64,000 nucleotides of DNA from an uncultured Flavobacterium sp. (GCA_964518395.1 CAZFGA010000008.1:40699-104698); one strand, 5' to 3'; positions 27,795 through 37,968 are shown, numbered from the stretch's first letter. A program made the numbers and translations. The notes: generated by a model not told the origin, from the sequence alone.

Positions 27795-28955
27795 TTAAGC
27801 GCCTAAAAGCTCTTTTACTTTTGCTTTCAATTCTTCTCCACGAAGGTCTTTTGCTACAATTTTTCCTGATGCATCAAGTATGAAAGTTGCAGGAATTGAA
27901 GTGATGTTGTATTTCTTAGCGATAGGATCTTGCCAGAATTTCAAATTTGAAACATGTGTCCAAGTCAATTTATCAGCTTCAATAGCCTTTTTCCAGCTTT
28001 CTGCTTCACCTTCTCTGTCTAAAGATACTCCGATAATGTTTAATCCTTTATCGTGGAATTCATTGTATAATGCCACAACGTTCGGATTTTCTTGACGGCA
28101 TGGTCCGCACCATGAAGCCCAAAAATCTATGATTGTTACCTTTCCTAAAGATTCTTTTAGAGAAACTGTCTTTCCTTCCGGATTTTTAGCTGAGAAATCT
28201 GGAGCTTTTTTACCAATTTCAACTGCCAAACGGTTATCTAGTTTTTCTTTGATAGCTTTCCCTGACTTAGTGTTTTTCAGTTCAGAAGTAAGGGCGTCGT
28301 ATATTTTTTGAATTCTTACGAAGTTAGGCTCAGGCGTATTGAAAAGACTTTGTGTAACCAAAGCACTCACATATGATTTTGGGTTTTGCTCAGAATAAGT
28401 GTAATACTTCTCTATAATAGGATCCTGAATTTTTGCAAATTCCTTCATCAGCTGATTGATTACGGCAGTATCTTTAGTTTGTTGTGCCGTTGTCATTTTT
28501 TGCATGTTTTCCTCTTGGAAAGCCATGGCTTTTTTCTGAATCTGTTTCTGAATAACTAGAGTTTCGTCTTTGAATTTGGTTAATTCTTCATTGTTGTACG
28601 TTCCGGTAACTTTTGATTTTGCAAGAGTATCTTTATCAACAGCAATTTTAATATCTCCATTTTCAAGAACGAAATCAATTTGTCCTTGTTTTGTTTCTAT
28701 TTTTAAGAAGTGGATCGATGGCTCAGTGGCAATACCTTTAATCTCAAATTTTCCATTTTCGACTTTTACAGTATCAACAGGAATCATTTTTCCCATAATT
28801 TCTTCATCCTGCTTTTGCAGGACAACAGTTTTTCCATTTTCGACACCAGTTACAGTACCAGTAATAGTATATTCGCCATCACCTGATTTTTTGCAAGAAA
28901 CCATTAATGCCGTAACAGAAAGCAATAAAAGGATTTTTTTCATTTTTAATTTCAT
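27795..28955 (-). CDS. TlpA/ResA-like periplasmic thiol-disulfide oxidoreductase with an N-terminal beta domain
   Basis: Lipoprotein-type signal (LLLLSVTALMVSC) and a C-terminal thioredoxin fold with WASWCGPC. Confidence 0.8.
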   Translation of the reverse strand: MKLKMKKILLLLSVTALMVSCKKSGDGEYTITGTVTGVENGKTVVLQKQDEEIMGKMIPVDTVKVENGKFEIKGIATEPSIHFLKIETKQGQIDFVLENGDIKIAVDKDTLAKSKVTGTYNNEELTKFKDETLVIQKQIQKKAMAFQEENMQKMTTAQQTKDTAVINQLMKEFAKIQDPIIEKYYTYSEQNPKSYVSALVTQSLFNTPEPNFVRIQKIYDALTSELKNTKSGKAIKEKLDNRLAVEIGKKAPDFSAKNPEGKTVSLKESLGKVTIIDFWASWCGPCRQENPNVVALYNEFHDKGLNIIGVSLDREGEAESWKKAIEADKLTWTHVSNLKFWQDPIAKKYNITSIPATFILDASGKIVAKDLRGEELKAKVKELLGA

Positions 28956-28971
28956 TTTTGAATTTAGTTAG

Positions 28972-28979
28972 CAAAAGTA
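28972..28979 (-). promoter_or_regulatory. Candidate -7 box TACTTTTG
   Basis: Minus strand, 16 nt upstream of the ATG at 28955. Confidence 0.4.
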
Positions 28980-29025
28980 TTTAAAATTATAATCTGATTG
29001 CGGCAAACTGCCTAAATTTTAAGAA

Positions 29026-30438
29026 TTATTTATTGGTTGAAGGACACACGAATGAGGTCAGTTTTATATTGGTTTTTCGGACACCGGCCATGCCTTTTTC
29101 CACGTTAATCATATTATGATAACCTCTTGATTTTAATATGGATGCCATGATAACCGAACGATAACCACCAGCACAATGCAAGTAGAAGCTTTCTTCCTTT
29201 GGAACCTCAGATAATTGTTCGTTGACAAAATCTAAAGGAATATTTAATGCATTTTCAATATGTTCAGCCGTAAATTCACCTGGTTTACGGGCATCGACAA
29301 TAATACTTTTCTCATTTGCTTCGGATTCAAATTGTTCCGGAGAAATCGATTCGATGCTATCTGTTTCAAAGCCGGCTTCTTTCCATGCTTCAATTCCGCC
29401 TTTCAGGTATCCTAATGAATTGTCAAAACCAACTCTTGAAAGTCGGGTTATTGTTTCTTCTTCTCTTCCTTCAGGAGTGATTAAAAGCAATGGTTGTTTT
29501 ACGTCTCGGATCAAAGCGCCAACCCAAGGTGCAAATCCGCCCTGAATTCCAATAAAAATAGAACCGGGGATGTGACTTTTTACAAAATCATCTTCATGAC
29601 GCACGTCCAATACCAGAGCTTCGGATTGGTTTGCAATGGTCTCAAATTCTCTTGGAGTTAATGGTTTGGATGATTTTTCAATAATATTGTCAAGACTTTC
29701 GTAGCCCTGAATGTTCATCATTACATTTTGTGGGAAATAAGCAGGAGGTATTCCCAATCCATCAAGAAGTTCTGCCGTAAATTCTTCACGAGTCATGTCG
29801 GCTCTTAATGCGTAATTTGTTTTTTTCTGGTTGCCTAATGTATCAGTTGTTTCCTTGCTCATGTTTTTTCCACAGGCACTGCCGGCGCCGTGGCTTGGAT
29901 AAACAATTAATTCATCAGGTAGTACCATGATTTTGTTTCTCAACGAATCATATAGATAAGATGCCAGCTTTTCCTGCGTTAGGTCGCTAGACATTTTTTG
30001 AGCCAAATCAGGACGCCCAACATCTCCGATAAACAAAGTATCTCCGGTTATAATTCCGTGCTGTTTTCCATTTTCATCCGTAAGAAGGTAACAGGTACTT
30101 TCCATTGTATGTCCCGGCGTATGGATTGCTTTTATGGTATAGGCTCCAACTTTAAATTCCTGTCCGTCTTCTGCTATAATTGCTTCAAAATTAGGATTTG
30201 CTGTTGGTCCGTACACAATCTGTCCACCTGATTTTTTAGCAAGATCAAGATGTCCGGAAACGAAATCGGCATGGAAATGCGTTTCGAAAATATATTTTAT
30301 TTTGGCATTATCCTTTACTGCTCTGTCAATATAAGGTTGCACTTCACGCAGAGGGTCAAAAATAGCCGCTTCGCCGTTGCTTTCCAGATAGTAGGCTGCC
30401 TGGGCGATACAGCCGGTATAAATTTGTTCTAATTTCAT
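29026..30438 (-). CDS. CstB-like persulfide dioxygenase-sulfurtransferase (MBL fold plus two rhodanese domains)
   Basis: Metallo-beta-lactamase motif ETHFHADFVSGH. A middle rhodanese-like domain has no Cys loop. The C-terminal rhodanese carries the active-site loop HCAGGYRS. Confidence 0.75.
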   Translation of the reverse strand: MKLEQIYTGCIAQAAYYLESNGEAAIFDPLREVQPYIDRAVKDNAKIKYIFETHFHADFVSGHLDLAKKSGGQIVYGPTANPNFEAIIAEDGQEFKVGAYTIKAIHTPGHTMESTCYLLTDENGKQHGIITGDTLFIGDVGRPDLAQKMSSDLTQEKLASYLYDSLRNKIMVLPDELIVYPSHGAGSACGKNMSKETTDTLGNQKKTNYALRADMTREEFTAELLDGLGIPPAYFPQNVMMNIQGYESLDNIIEKSSKPLTPREFETIANQSEALVLDVRHEDDFVKSHIPGSIFIGIQGGFAPWVGALIRDVKQPLLLITPEGREEETITRLSRVGFDNSLGYLKGGIEAWKEAGFETDSIESISPEQFESEANEKSIIVDARKPGEFTAEHIENALNIPLDFVNEQLSEVPKEESFYLHCAGGYRSVIMASILKSRGYHNMINVEKGMAGVRKTNIKLTSFVCPSTNK

Positions 30439-30457
30439 AATTTTTATATTTGAGAAT

Positions 30458-31243
30458 CTAAAGGAGTAGCTCTTTGGCCAGAATTACTATTGACATGGTC
30501 AACACAAACCACCCAAAGCCTTTTTTCAGATTTTTTTCGTTGATGAACTTATTGAGGTATATTCCTGCAAAGATACCTAAAATTGAAATAAAAGAGAAAA
30601 TAAATAGGAAACGCCAATCGATGTCGATATTACCTATATCGCCCGTAAATCCGATAAGCGAATTGATAGCGATTATAAATATAGAAGTTCCTACCGCTTT
30701 TTTCATAGGCAGTTTGGCAAGATAGACCAAAGCGGGAATAATCAGGAAGCCTCCACCGGCACCTACAAGCCCAATAACAACACCTACCATACAAATCTGT
30801 ATTACGGTTATAACAGGGTTTGGAAAAACATCTGGTTTTTCGGATTTCTTATTCCTGATCATGGAAAGGGCTGCCATCAGCATTACGATGGCAAACAACA
30901 GCATGATAAATAAATTTTTTGTGATGGAAATTTCTCCAATTGAAAATAAAACTTCAGGAATATTTGGAACGATGAACTTTCGGGTCAGATAGATGGCCGT
31001 TAAAGAGGGAAGGGCGAATTTTAATCCGGTTTTCACTTCAACTAATCCTTTTCTGTAATTCTGAATGGTTCCAAAAGCCGAAGTAGTTCCAACGATAAAT
31101 AAGGAATAGGCAGTAGCCGTAACAGGATGGATTCCTAAAAGATAAACGAGTACAGGGACAGTGAGGATAGAGCCACCTCCACCGGTCAGACCTAAGACCA
31201 GCCCAATTACGAGCGCTCCTAAATAACCAAAAAATTCTTCCAT
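30458..31243 (-). CDS. TauE/SafE family sulfite/anion exporter
   Basis: 261 aa, about 8 TM helices, with duplicated GGGGSILTVP / GAGGGFLIIP blocks. Confidence 0.8.
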   Translation of the reverse strand: MEEFFGYLGALVIGLVLGLTGGGGSILTVPVLVYLLGIHPVTATAYSLFIVGTTSAFGTIQNYRKGLVEVKTGLKFALPSLTAIYLTRKFIVPNIPEVLFSIGEISITKNLFIMLLFAIVMLMAALSMIRNKKSEKPDVFPNPVITVIQICMVGVVIGLVGAGGGFLIIPALVYLAKLPMKKAVGTSIFIIAINSLIGFTGDIGNIDIDWRFLFIFSFISILGIFAGIYLNKFINEKNLKKGFGWFVLTMSIVILAKELLL

Positions 31244-31379
31244 TACAAAAGATTGAAACTATCCCGTAAATATATTAAAACTATTTTATCCTTCTTACAG
31301 GCTCTAAATTTAACCGTTTTGTCAATCGTTAATTAGTTTCATTTAATGTTAAATAGGAGTTTTAAAAATATTAAATGCT

Positions 31380-31387
31380 TAATTTTG
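31380..31387 (+). promoter_or_regulatory. Candidate -7 box TAATTTTG
   Basis: 21 nt upstream of the ATG at 31409. Confidence 0.45.
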
Positions 31388-31408
31388 ACAGTTTAATCAA
31401 AATTACAT

Positions 31409-33376
31409 ATGACAAAAAATTACCTTTCGATTATATTATTACTTTTTTTGGTTCACTTTTCTTATGGGCAGGTAGTAATAAATGAACTTGATTCTGATAC
31501 TCCAAGTATTGACGATAAAGAATTTGTTGAACTCAAATCGGTTACGCCAAATTTTTCATTGGACGGCTATGTACTTGTCTTTTTTAATGGTAATCCGGAA
31601 TCTGCCAGCACAGGGAATAAAAGCTACCTGACAATTTCATTAAATGGTCTTACAACAGATGCAAACGGATTAGTACTGATTGGTAGTAATGCAGTTTCTC
31701 CTGTTCCTCAAAGAATTATTGCCGATAACCTGATTCAGAACGGGGCAGATGCAGTTGCAGTTTATTTAGGATCTGCAGCCGATTTTCCAGATGGTACTTT
31801 GGCAACAACCACAAACCTGATTGATGCTTTGGCTTATGATACCAGTGATCCGGATGCAACGCAGCTCATGGCATTGCTGGGACTAACCATACAGATTAAT
31901 GAAGATCAAAATGGGCAAGGAGCAACCCAATCCATACAAAGAAAACCTGACGGAACTTATGAAGTGAAGGCGCCAACTCCGGGAGCAAATAATGACGGAA
32001 GTGGTATTGTTTTTAACGGAATATCTATCAGCGTTCCATCACTGATATATACTGAAGGCGAAAGTTTTCCTATTACGTTTTCAACACAGACAGCCGTAAC
32101 CAGTGATTTGACTTTTACCTATACGTTGACAAATGGAAGTTTTAATGCAGCCGATTTTACAGCCAACACCACTGTATTGATTCCTGCCGGTTCTACCACA
32201 TTTACAACTACCGTTCAGCTTATTGATGATGCAATAGATGAAGGAGATGAAGTAATGAAAATTAAGTTGGGGACTTTGCCAGCGGGTTATGTAAGACTTA
32301 ATGACAATATTGAAGTTAGAATAATAGATAACGATTTTTCGGTTTCGCCTTGGGGAACGCCATTAAATCCGACACATGGTGTGGTTGCAAGTACAGCACC
32401 TGCAGGATATTATGCTTCACTTGAAGGAAAATCGGGAGCTGTACTAAAACAGGCTGTTCAGGATATTATTGCCAATCCGGCTGTAGTAAGAGCCCATAAT
32501 TATGGCGATATTATCACTATTTTAAAAACAGCAGACCAAAATCCATTAAACAGTAATGAGGTTTGGTTGATGTATAAGGAAGTAAGCCGTTCCAAATTCT
32601 TGTTTCAGGATACCGGAAGTGGAGTAGGAAAATGGAACAGGGAACATATTTATCCGCAATCCAGAGGCGGATTTACAAATGGAACTTCTGATACTCCTGA
32701 TGGAATCAATGTATGGGTGCCTTCTGATGCCACTATGTTGAGTCATGGACATGCAGATGCCCATCACTTAAGAGCTGAGGATGGTCCGGAAAACAGTTCC
32801 CGAAACAATAAAGATTATGGACTGACAGATTATAACGGTTTTTCAGGAAATGCAGGAAGCTGGAAAGGTGATGTTGCTCGTGCCGTATTTTATATGAGCG
32901 TTCGCTATAACGGACTGAGTGTTGTAAACGGAAATCCGCCAGATTCAACTGTTGGCCAATTGGGAGATCTTGCTACTTTGCTTCAGTGGAATGTGAATGA
33001 TCCTGCTGATGATTTCGAAATGAACAGGAACAATTATATCTATACCTGGCAGCAAAACAGGAACCCGTTTATCGATTATCCTTATCTGGCTGATTATATT
33101 TGGGGAAGCAGAGCTGGTGAAGCTTTTTCTCTTTCGGCTCCGGATTTTTCTGAGCTTAAAGTGTCAATATACCCTAATCCGGCAAAAAATCATATCACTA
33201 TTGCAGGTTTACATAATCCTGCAACTTTGGAATTGTTTTCGGTTTCAGGGCAAAAACTGTTGACGGCCGATTTTTCCGGAACATCAACATTGCAGGTCAA
33301 TCTTGCTTCGGGATTATATATTGCTAAAATAGTTTCGGAAGGAAAAACAGCCATCCGAAAAATAGTAATACAGTAA
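31409..33376 (+). CDS. Secreted multidomain endonuclease I family nuclease (LTD - Calx-beta-like - endonuclease I - T9SS CTD)
   Basis: Signal peptide. Lamin-tail-like VVINELDSDTP...EFVELKS. Calx-beta-like QLIDDAIDEGDEVMKI. Endonuclease I blocks NREHIYPQSRGG, HHLRAEDGPENSSRNNKDYG and NRNPFIDYPYLADYIWG. C-terminal IYPNPAKNHITI...GLYIAKIVSEG. Confidence 0.75.
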   Translation: MTKNYLSIILLLFLVHFSYGQVVINELDSDTPSIDDKEFVELKSVTPNFSLDGYVLVFFNGNPESASTGNKSYLTISLNGLTTDANGLVLIGSNAVSPVPQRIIADNLIQNGADAVAVYLGSAADFPDGTLATTTNLIDALAYDTSDPDATQLMALLGLTIQINEDQNGQGATQSIQRKPDGTYEVKAPTPGANNDGSGIVFNGISISVPSLIYTEGESFPITFSTQTAVTSDLTFTYTLTNGSFNAADFTANTTVLIPAGSTTFTTTVQLIDDAIDEGDEVMKIKLGTLPAGYVRLNDNIEVRIIDNDFSVSPWGTPLNPTHGVVASTAPAGYYASLEGKSGAVLKQAVQDIIANPAVVRAHNYGDIITILKTADQNPLNSNEVWLMYKEVSRSKFLFQDTGSGVGKWNREHIYPQSRGGFTNGTSDTPDGINVWVPSDATMLSHGHADAHHLRAEDGPENSSRNNKDYGLTDYNGFSGNAGSWKGDVARAVFYMSVRYNGLSVVNGNPPDSTVGQLGDLATLLQWNVNDPADDFEMNRNNYIYTWQQNRNPFIDYPYLADYIWGSRAGEAFSLSAPDFSELKVSIYPNPAKNHITIAGLHNPATLELFSVSGQKLLTADFSGTSTLQVNLASGLYIAKIVSEGKTAIRKIVIQ

Positions 33377-33395
33377 ATAATAAAAAGTATATAGG

Positions 33396-33427
33396 CAAAG
33401 AGCTAATGATTTTTCATTAGCTCTTTG
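33396..33427. terminator. Bidirectional hairpin between the convergent nuclease and response-regulator genes
   Basis: 13-bp arms CAAAGAGCTAATG / CATTAGCTCTTTG. The right arm contains the regulator stop codon. Confidence 0.6.
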
Positions 33428-33806
33428 CTATTTCTAAGACATTCTGAAGCGTAACAGGTTTTGTAAAATAACCAAGAATCCCATTGTAGGATTTGGACCT
33501 TTCTTTATCGGAATGGGCAATAGAAGAGCTCACAATATAAATCGAGACTTCTTTAGGGAAGATGGTTTTTATCTTATGAAATTGTTCCATAAAATTCCAT
33601 CCGTCCATAACAGGCATCTCGATATCGAGCATAATAATGTCTGGAAATTCCTCAGGTAGATGTACTAATCCCGTTAATCCGTCAATAGCTTCAGCGCCAT
33701 TTGGAAAAGACAGGATTTTGCTTGCCGTTTCTGATTTGTGGATGATTTTTTTGGTTATCGTCTGATAAATAGGGTCATCATCGATAAGACAAATTATCTG
33801 ATTCAT
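33417..33806 (-). CDS. Single-domain (CheY-like) response regulator
   Basis: DDD acidic pocket (LIDDDPIY), phospho-acceptor in IIMLDIEMPVMDG, and conserved SS/K positions. It overlaps the kinase stop by 4 nt. Confidence 0.85.
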   Translation of the reverse strand: MNQIICLIDDDPIYQTITKKIIHKSETASKILSFPNGAEAIDGLTGLVHLPEEFPDIIMLDIEMPVMDGWNFMEQFHKIKTIFPKEVSIYIVSSSIAHSDKERSKSYNGILGYFTKPVTLQNVLEIAKS

Positions 33807-36640
33807 TTAAAGTAGATTTTGAAGGTAGTTCCTATATTGGGTTCGCTTTCAACGGATACACTTCCGCCCATAGCATCGATTTGGTTTTTAGTAATGAAAA
33901 GTCCAATTCCTTTAGAGTCGGGATTTTCGTGAAATGTTTTGTACATCCCGAATAGTTTGTCGCCATATTTTTTCAAGTCAATGCCAAGTCCATTGTCAGA
34001 AATTTCCAAAACAGTTCTGTCATTTTCTGTATAGCTGTTCAGGATAATGACAGCATTGCGCTTAGGATGGCAATAACGGATGGCATTAGAAATAAAATTA
34101 AGCAATATACTTTCCAGATAGGCAGGATTGTAGTGAACAAAGATTTCCGATGATACGTTATTTTTTATAACCGCTTTTTTAAATGCAATCTGCTCAGAAA
34201 CAATATTGATTATCCTGTCAATATTATCTTTTATATTCAGGTTTTCGATAATCAGGTTGATATTGGTCTGAATGTTAACTACTTCATTAAGATTCAGCAT
34301 GGTTTCGTTTAGCGTATTCGAAACATTTTGCAACATTTTGACCAGCTCGTTGCGTTCCTCTTCAGTCTCTGCCGTTTCAATCAAAGTTGATATGGACTGA
34401 ATGTTGCTGGTGTGCGAACGCAAGTTGTGTGAAACGATATAAGAAAAATTCAATAACCTTTTATTCTGTTCTGTAACCAGATCCAGAGAATTACTCAGGT
34501 CATTCTCTGCCTCCTTACTTTTTGTGATGTCAATCATGATACCTTTAAGCGAAACCGGTTTACCATTTTCGTGAATCACATTTACGATATCCCGAATCCA
34601 GAGTATAGAACCGTTTTTGGCAATCATTCTATATTCAAAATCGTATTGCAGGCTTTTCTGGGATTCTATTGCGCAATAATTTACAGCCCAGTGCTTGTCA
34701 TCCGGATGTATGGTATTGGCCCAGAAATTGCCATCGCTACACCATTCTTCTTTGGTATAACCCGTGATTTCTTCGGCTTTTTTATTGACATAGGTAAAGA
34801 CATAGGTGTTATAATCACATTCCCATACAATTCCGTCAATCGTATTGATTAACGATTCCATTTTTTGTTGCGATTGTATCACGATTTCTTCTGAAATCTT
34901 TCGTGCTGTGATATCTTCTGTTGATATGATTATCCGTTCCAGTGTTTCTTCATAGCCAGGCATAACGCTCCAGCGAAGACTGATGTCACGGTATTCGCCA
35001 TCATATTTTTTGACTTTTGAATCGATTGTAAGTCGGGTTTCGCCCTGAGTAATGGCAAGAAGCTGTGCCTTGAAAGAATCCATGGCGTCGTTGTTTAGGA
35101 CATCTCCCAAACGTTGCATAAGGTCTTCCTTTGTTTTAGGATAATGCAATGTCAGGCATTCATTGTTTACATTGATGATTTTTACGAGCGTGATGCATTT
35201 TTGGACTACTTCGGGATGTGCTTCAAAATAAGCTTTTACTTCTTGCCTGCTTTTTCCAATCAGCCTTAATTCTTCCAGATAATTTTTCAGATAAGAGAAG
35301 TCTTCTTCCCACAAGGCAATAGGCGAATCTTCAAAAAGACTTTTGAAGCGTATTTCACTTTTTCGGATAGCATCTTCGGCTTCTTTTTTTGAAGTAATAT
35401 CCTCTACAATCGAAATATGTGAACTTGGTTTTTCTCCTTCTTGCCAAAGAGGCGAATAAGTAATGTTTACCCAAATAAGATTGCCATTTTTATGGATGTA
35501 TCTTTTTTCTATATTGAGCTCTCGGATTTCGCCATTTTTAAGTCTTTCCAGCTGTTTCAGATTGTCCTCGAGATCGTCTTTATAGGTAATGTCTTTGAAG
35601 CTCTTATTTCTCATTTCCTCAAATGTATATCCGAGCATTCGGGAGTACTGTTCGTTTACTTCGATAAGGCATCCGGTTATAGAGTCAACGTGGGCGATAC
35701 CAACGGCAGCCTGATCAAAAATGGATTTGAATTTTATTTCATCATTAAGAATCTTATTCTCCTGTTTCCGAACCAGCAGTTGTAACTCTGCAGGTTTTTT
35801 TAAAACATTGGTTAAAAAAAGAGAAAAGATAAAACAGCACAATATGGTCAATACTAGTGCGGGACGTATTTCGGTAAAAAGCCCATATTTGTTTTTGCTG
35901 ATAAGGTATACTTTCCAATTTCCGTCGGGAATTGACAGCACCTGGAAATATTTATCGCTAAAGTCTTCTTTGTTGGGAAGGAAAAACTCGGTTTGACCCG
36001 TCTTTGGATTTTCTTTTGAAAACTGAAAGTAATATTGGGACTCTTTGATGGAATTTATTCCGGAAGATTTAAGTAAGGTTTCCAGCTTTACGATCACGGC
36101 AGAAAATCCCCAGAATTTTCCTTTTCTATATATAGGAAACCGTCCTATAACTCCAAGTCCGCCTTGTCTTAATTCCAAAGGACCTGCAAAATGGATTTTC
36201 TTTTTTTGAATAGTTTCTAGGGCCTCTTCCTTGACCGATTTTGAATTTAATATGTCATAATTAATGAGGTCAGGGTTATTGGGATACGTATATTTAATCA
36301 CTCCGTTAGGGACTAATTGTACGGCATCAATATTTGGATTGGAATCGACCAGTACTTTTGCCAAAGCATCAAAATTTTCAGGTTTGCCATCCTCATTAAC
36401 GATCATAGCCAAAGAAATTGTTGTCGTTTGGCAGTTTTTAAGCGAATGATTCAGATTTTGCTGTACGACATGGAGAATATTTGACATTTCTCTGTGCCTG
36501 TTTTCCTTGACAACTTCAAAACGTTTTAAAACGATAGGACTAATTAAGGCAAGTAGTATAAGAAAAACTATAAAGGTACTTAATCTGGGCTTTGATATAA
36601 ACCAGCCAGTTATTTTTGACCATTTGTTCTCTATTTTCAT
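33803..36640 (-). CDS. Sensor histidine kinase with an extracytoplasmic sensor domain and several PAS/PAC modules
   Basis: Two TM helices flank a domain of about 230 aa, followed by repeated PAS/PAC blocks. H-box VSHNLRSHTSNI and ATPase boxes SDNGLGID and GIGLFITKNQ. The ORF-track start is a TTG, so I trimmed it to the ATG at 36640 (MKIENKW). Confidence 0.8.
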   Translation of the reverse strand: MKIENKWSKITGWFISKPRLSTFIVFLILLALISPIVLKRFEVVKENRHREMSNILHVVQQNLNHSLKNCQTTTISLAMIVNEDGKPENFDALAKVLVDSNPNIDAVQLVPNGVIKYTYPNNPDLINYDILNSKSVKEEALETIQKKKIHFAGPLELRQGGLGVIGRFPIYRKGKFWGFSAVIVKLETLLKSSGINSIKESQYYFQFSKENPKTGQTEFFLPNKEDFSDKYFQVLSIPDGNWKVYLISKNKYGLFTEIRPALVLTILCCFIFSLFLTNVLKKPAELQLLVRKQENKILNDEIKFKSIFDQAAVGIAHVDSITGCLIEVNEQYSRMLGYTFEEMRNKSFKDITYKDDLEDNLKQLERLKNGEIRELNIEKRYIHKNGNLIWVNITYSPLWQEGEKPSSHISIVEDITSKKEAEDAIRKSEIRFKSLFEDSPIALWEEDFSYLKNYLEELRLIGKSRQEVKAYFEAHPEVVQKCITLVKIINVNNECLTLHYPKTKEDLMQRLGDVLNNDAMDSFKAQLLAITQGETRLTIDSKVKKYDGEYRDISLRWSVMPGYEETLERIIISTEDITARKISEEIVIQSQQKMESLINTIDGIVWECDYNTYVFTYVNKKAEEITGYTKEEWCSDGNFWANTIHPDDKHWAVNYCAIESQKSLQYDFEYRMIAKNGSILWIRDIVNVIHENGKPVSLKGIMIDITKSKEAENDLSNSLDLVTEQNKRLLNFSYIVSHNLRSHTSNIQSISTLIETAETEEERNELVKMLQNVSNTLNETMLNLNEVVNIQTNINLIIENLNIKDNIDRIINIVSEQIAFKKAVIKNNVSSEIFVHYNPAYLESILLNFISNAIRYCHPKRNAVIILNSYTENDRTVLEISDNGLGIDLKKYGDKLFGMYKTFHENPDSKGIGLFITKNQIDAMGGSVSVESEPNIGTTFKIYFK

Positions 36641-36734
36641 CTGGGCTGGAATCTGTTTATTCGGGAGACTAAAATATAAATTAATATTTAATTCTGAAGC
36701 GATTAGCAGGATTTCCGTTAAAGTATAAGGCAAT

Positions 36735-36762
36735 AAAAAAATAGCCCGAGGGCTATTTTTTT
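36735..36762. terminator. Bidirectional terminator after the DUF3037 gene
   Basis: ATAGCC / GGCTAT stem flanked by A6 and T6 runs. Confidence 0.65.
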
Positions 36763-36795
36763 GTAGTTATTTGTTAATAAGTAGATTAGCTTTTT

Positions 36796-37179
36796 TTATA
36801 AAACCAGCTCAGAAAACAAGTGTTCAGAAATTTCTTCCAAATTATTGCATAGTCCGGGATGTGGTCTTGAGGTTTGGATTACGGAACTTCTTACAGCCGT
36901 CATCCAACGGAAGCGAGAAGGGACATCAAATGCCGCAATTGGGCCTCCATCTTTAGCTCCTTGTGCAATTTTTACGAATGCCTGTAGATTTTCTTCCAGC
37001 TGTTCATAATCGAGTTCATCTGAAAAAAGTCCAAGCTTGGTTATGTCTATCTTATAAAGAACTTTGATGTACTGCTCTTTCTTACAGAAGACGATGATTC
37101 CCGTATTGACAAATTCTTCGCGCTCTACCTTAGGCACGATACGAATTACGGCATATTCATATAAGTGTTTGTCTTGCAT
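36796..37179 (-). CDS. DUF3037 family protein
   Basis: 127 aa. N-terminal YEYAVIRIVPKVEREEFVNTGIIVF, characteristic of DUF3037. The start overlaps the kinase 3' end by 23 nt. Confidence 0.7.
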   Translation of the reverse strand: MQDKHLYEYAVIRIVPKVEREEFVNTGIIVFCKKEQYIKVLYKIDITKLGLFSDELDYEQLEENLQAFVKIAQGAKDGGPIAAFDVPSRFRWMTAVRSSVIQTSRPHPGLCNNLEEISEHLFSELVL

Positions 37180-37951
37180 CTTGAGCAGCTTTTATAAAAA
37201 TTTCTGAATTGGCTAAACGTGTAATCAAAAAACTGGAATAGGTATTTCGTATCTGTTCCGGCGTTTCTTCCGAACCTTCCCATTGCAACCATTCTTCAGG
37301 AACTAAAGAAACAATGGAACGAATCTTATCTTCTGTAAGGAGAGATTTAAATTCTTTATCTGTTTCTTCCAATCGCGAAGCTTTTGGCAATAAGACGTGG
37401 TCTTTAATCAAAGCAAATGGGCTTTTGGCGCTATTTTCCCAATTGCTCCATGAATGGTGGAAATACAAGCAGGCACCGTGATCAATCAGCCATAATTCTT
37501 TATGCCATATAAGCATGTTCGTATTCCTGAACGTTCTGTCTACATTGGTTATAAAAGCATCCAGCCATACAATTTTTGAAGCCAGTTCGGCATCTGTTTC
37601 TGTAACAACAGGATCAAAAGTGATGGCTCCGGAAAGAAAGTGAAGCGCAAGGTTTAGTCCCTGGCTTCCTTGCAATAAGTCTTGAATTTCCTCATCGCCT
37701 TCAGTTCTTCCAAAAGCTTCGTCAAGATTTGCGAATACTAATTCCGGTACCGCTAATCCAAGTGCTCTGGCAATTTCGCCTCCAATTAATTCGGCTATTA
37801 ATGCTTTTACGCCATGTCCGGCACCTTTGAATTTTAATACATATTTAAAACCGTCATCTGCATCTGCAAGAGCAGGAAGCGAGCCTCCTTCCCTCAGAGG
37901 AGAAATATAGCGGGTGACGTTGACCGTTCGTAACGAAAATGGATTATCCAT
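37157..37951 (-). CDS. HipA-like serine/threonine kinase family protein
   Basis: Gly-rich KFKGAGHGVKAL, catalytic-loop-like FITNVDRTFRNTNMLI, and the DFG-equivalent WLIDHGA. I trimmed the start to the ATG at 37951 because the upstream codons are a terminator hairpin plus a -7 box. Confidence 0.7.
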   Translation of the reverse strand: MDNPFSLRTVNVTRYISPLREGGSLPALADADDGFKYVLKFKGAGHGVKALIAELIGGEIARALGLAVPELVFANLDEAFGRTEGDEEIQDLLQGSQGLNLALHFLSGAITFDPVVTETDAELASKIVWLDAFITNVDRTFRNTNMLIWHKELWLIDHGACLYFHHSWSNWENSAKSPFALIKDHVLLPKASRLEETDKEFKSLLTEDKIRSIVSLVPEEWLQWEGSEETPEQIRNTYSSFLITRLANSEIFIKAAQDARQTLI

Positions 37952-37968
37952 AAATTTTTTCTTTGATA

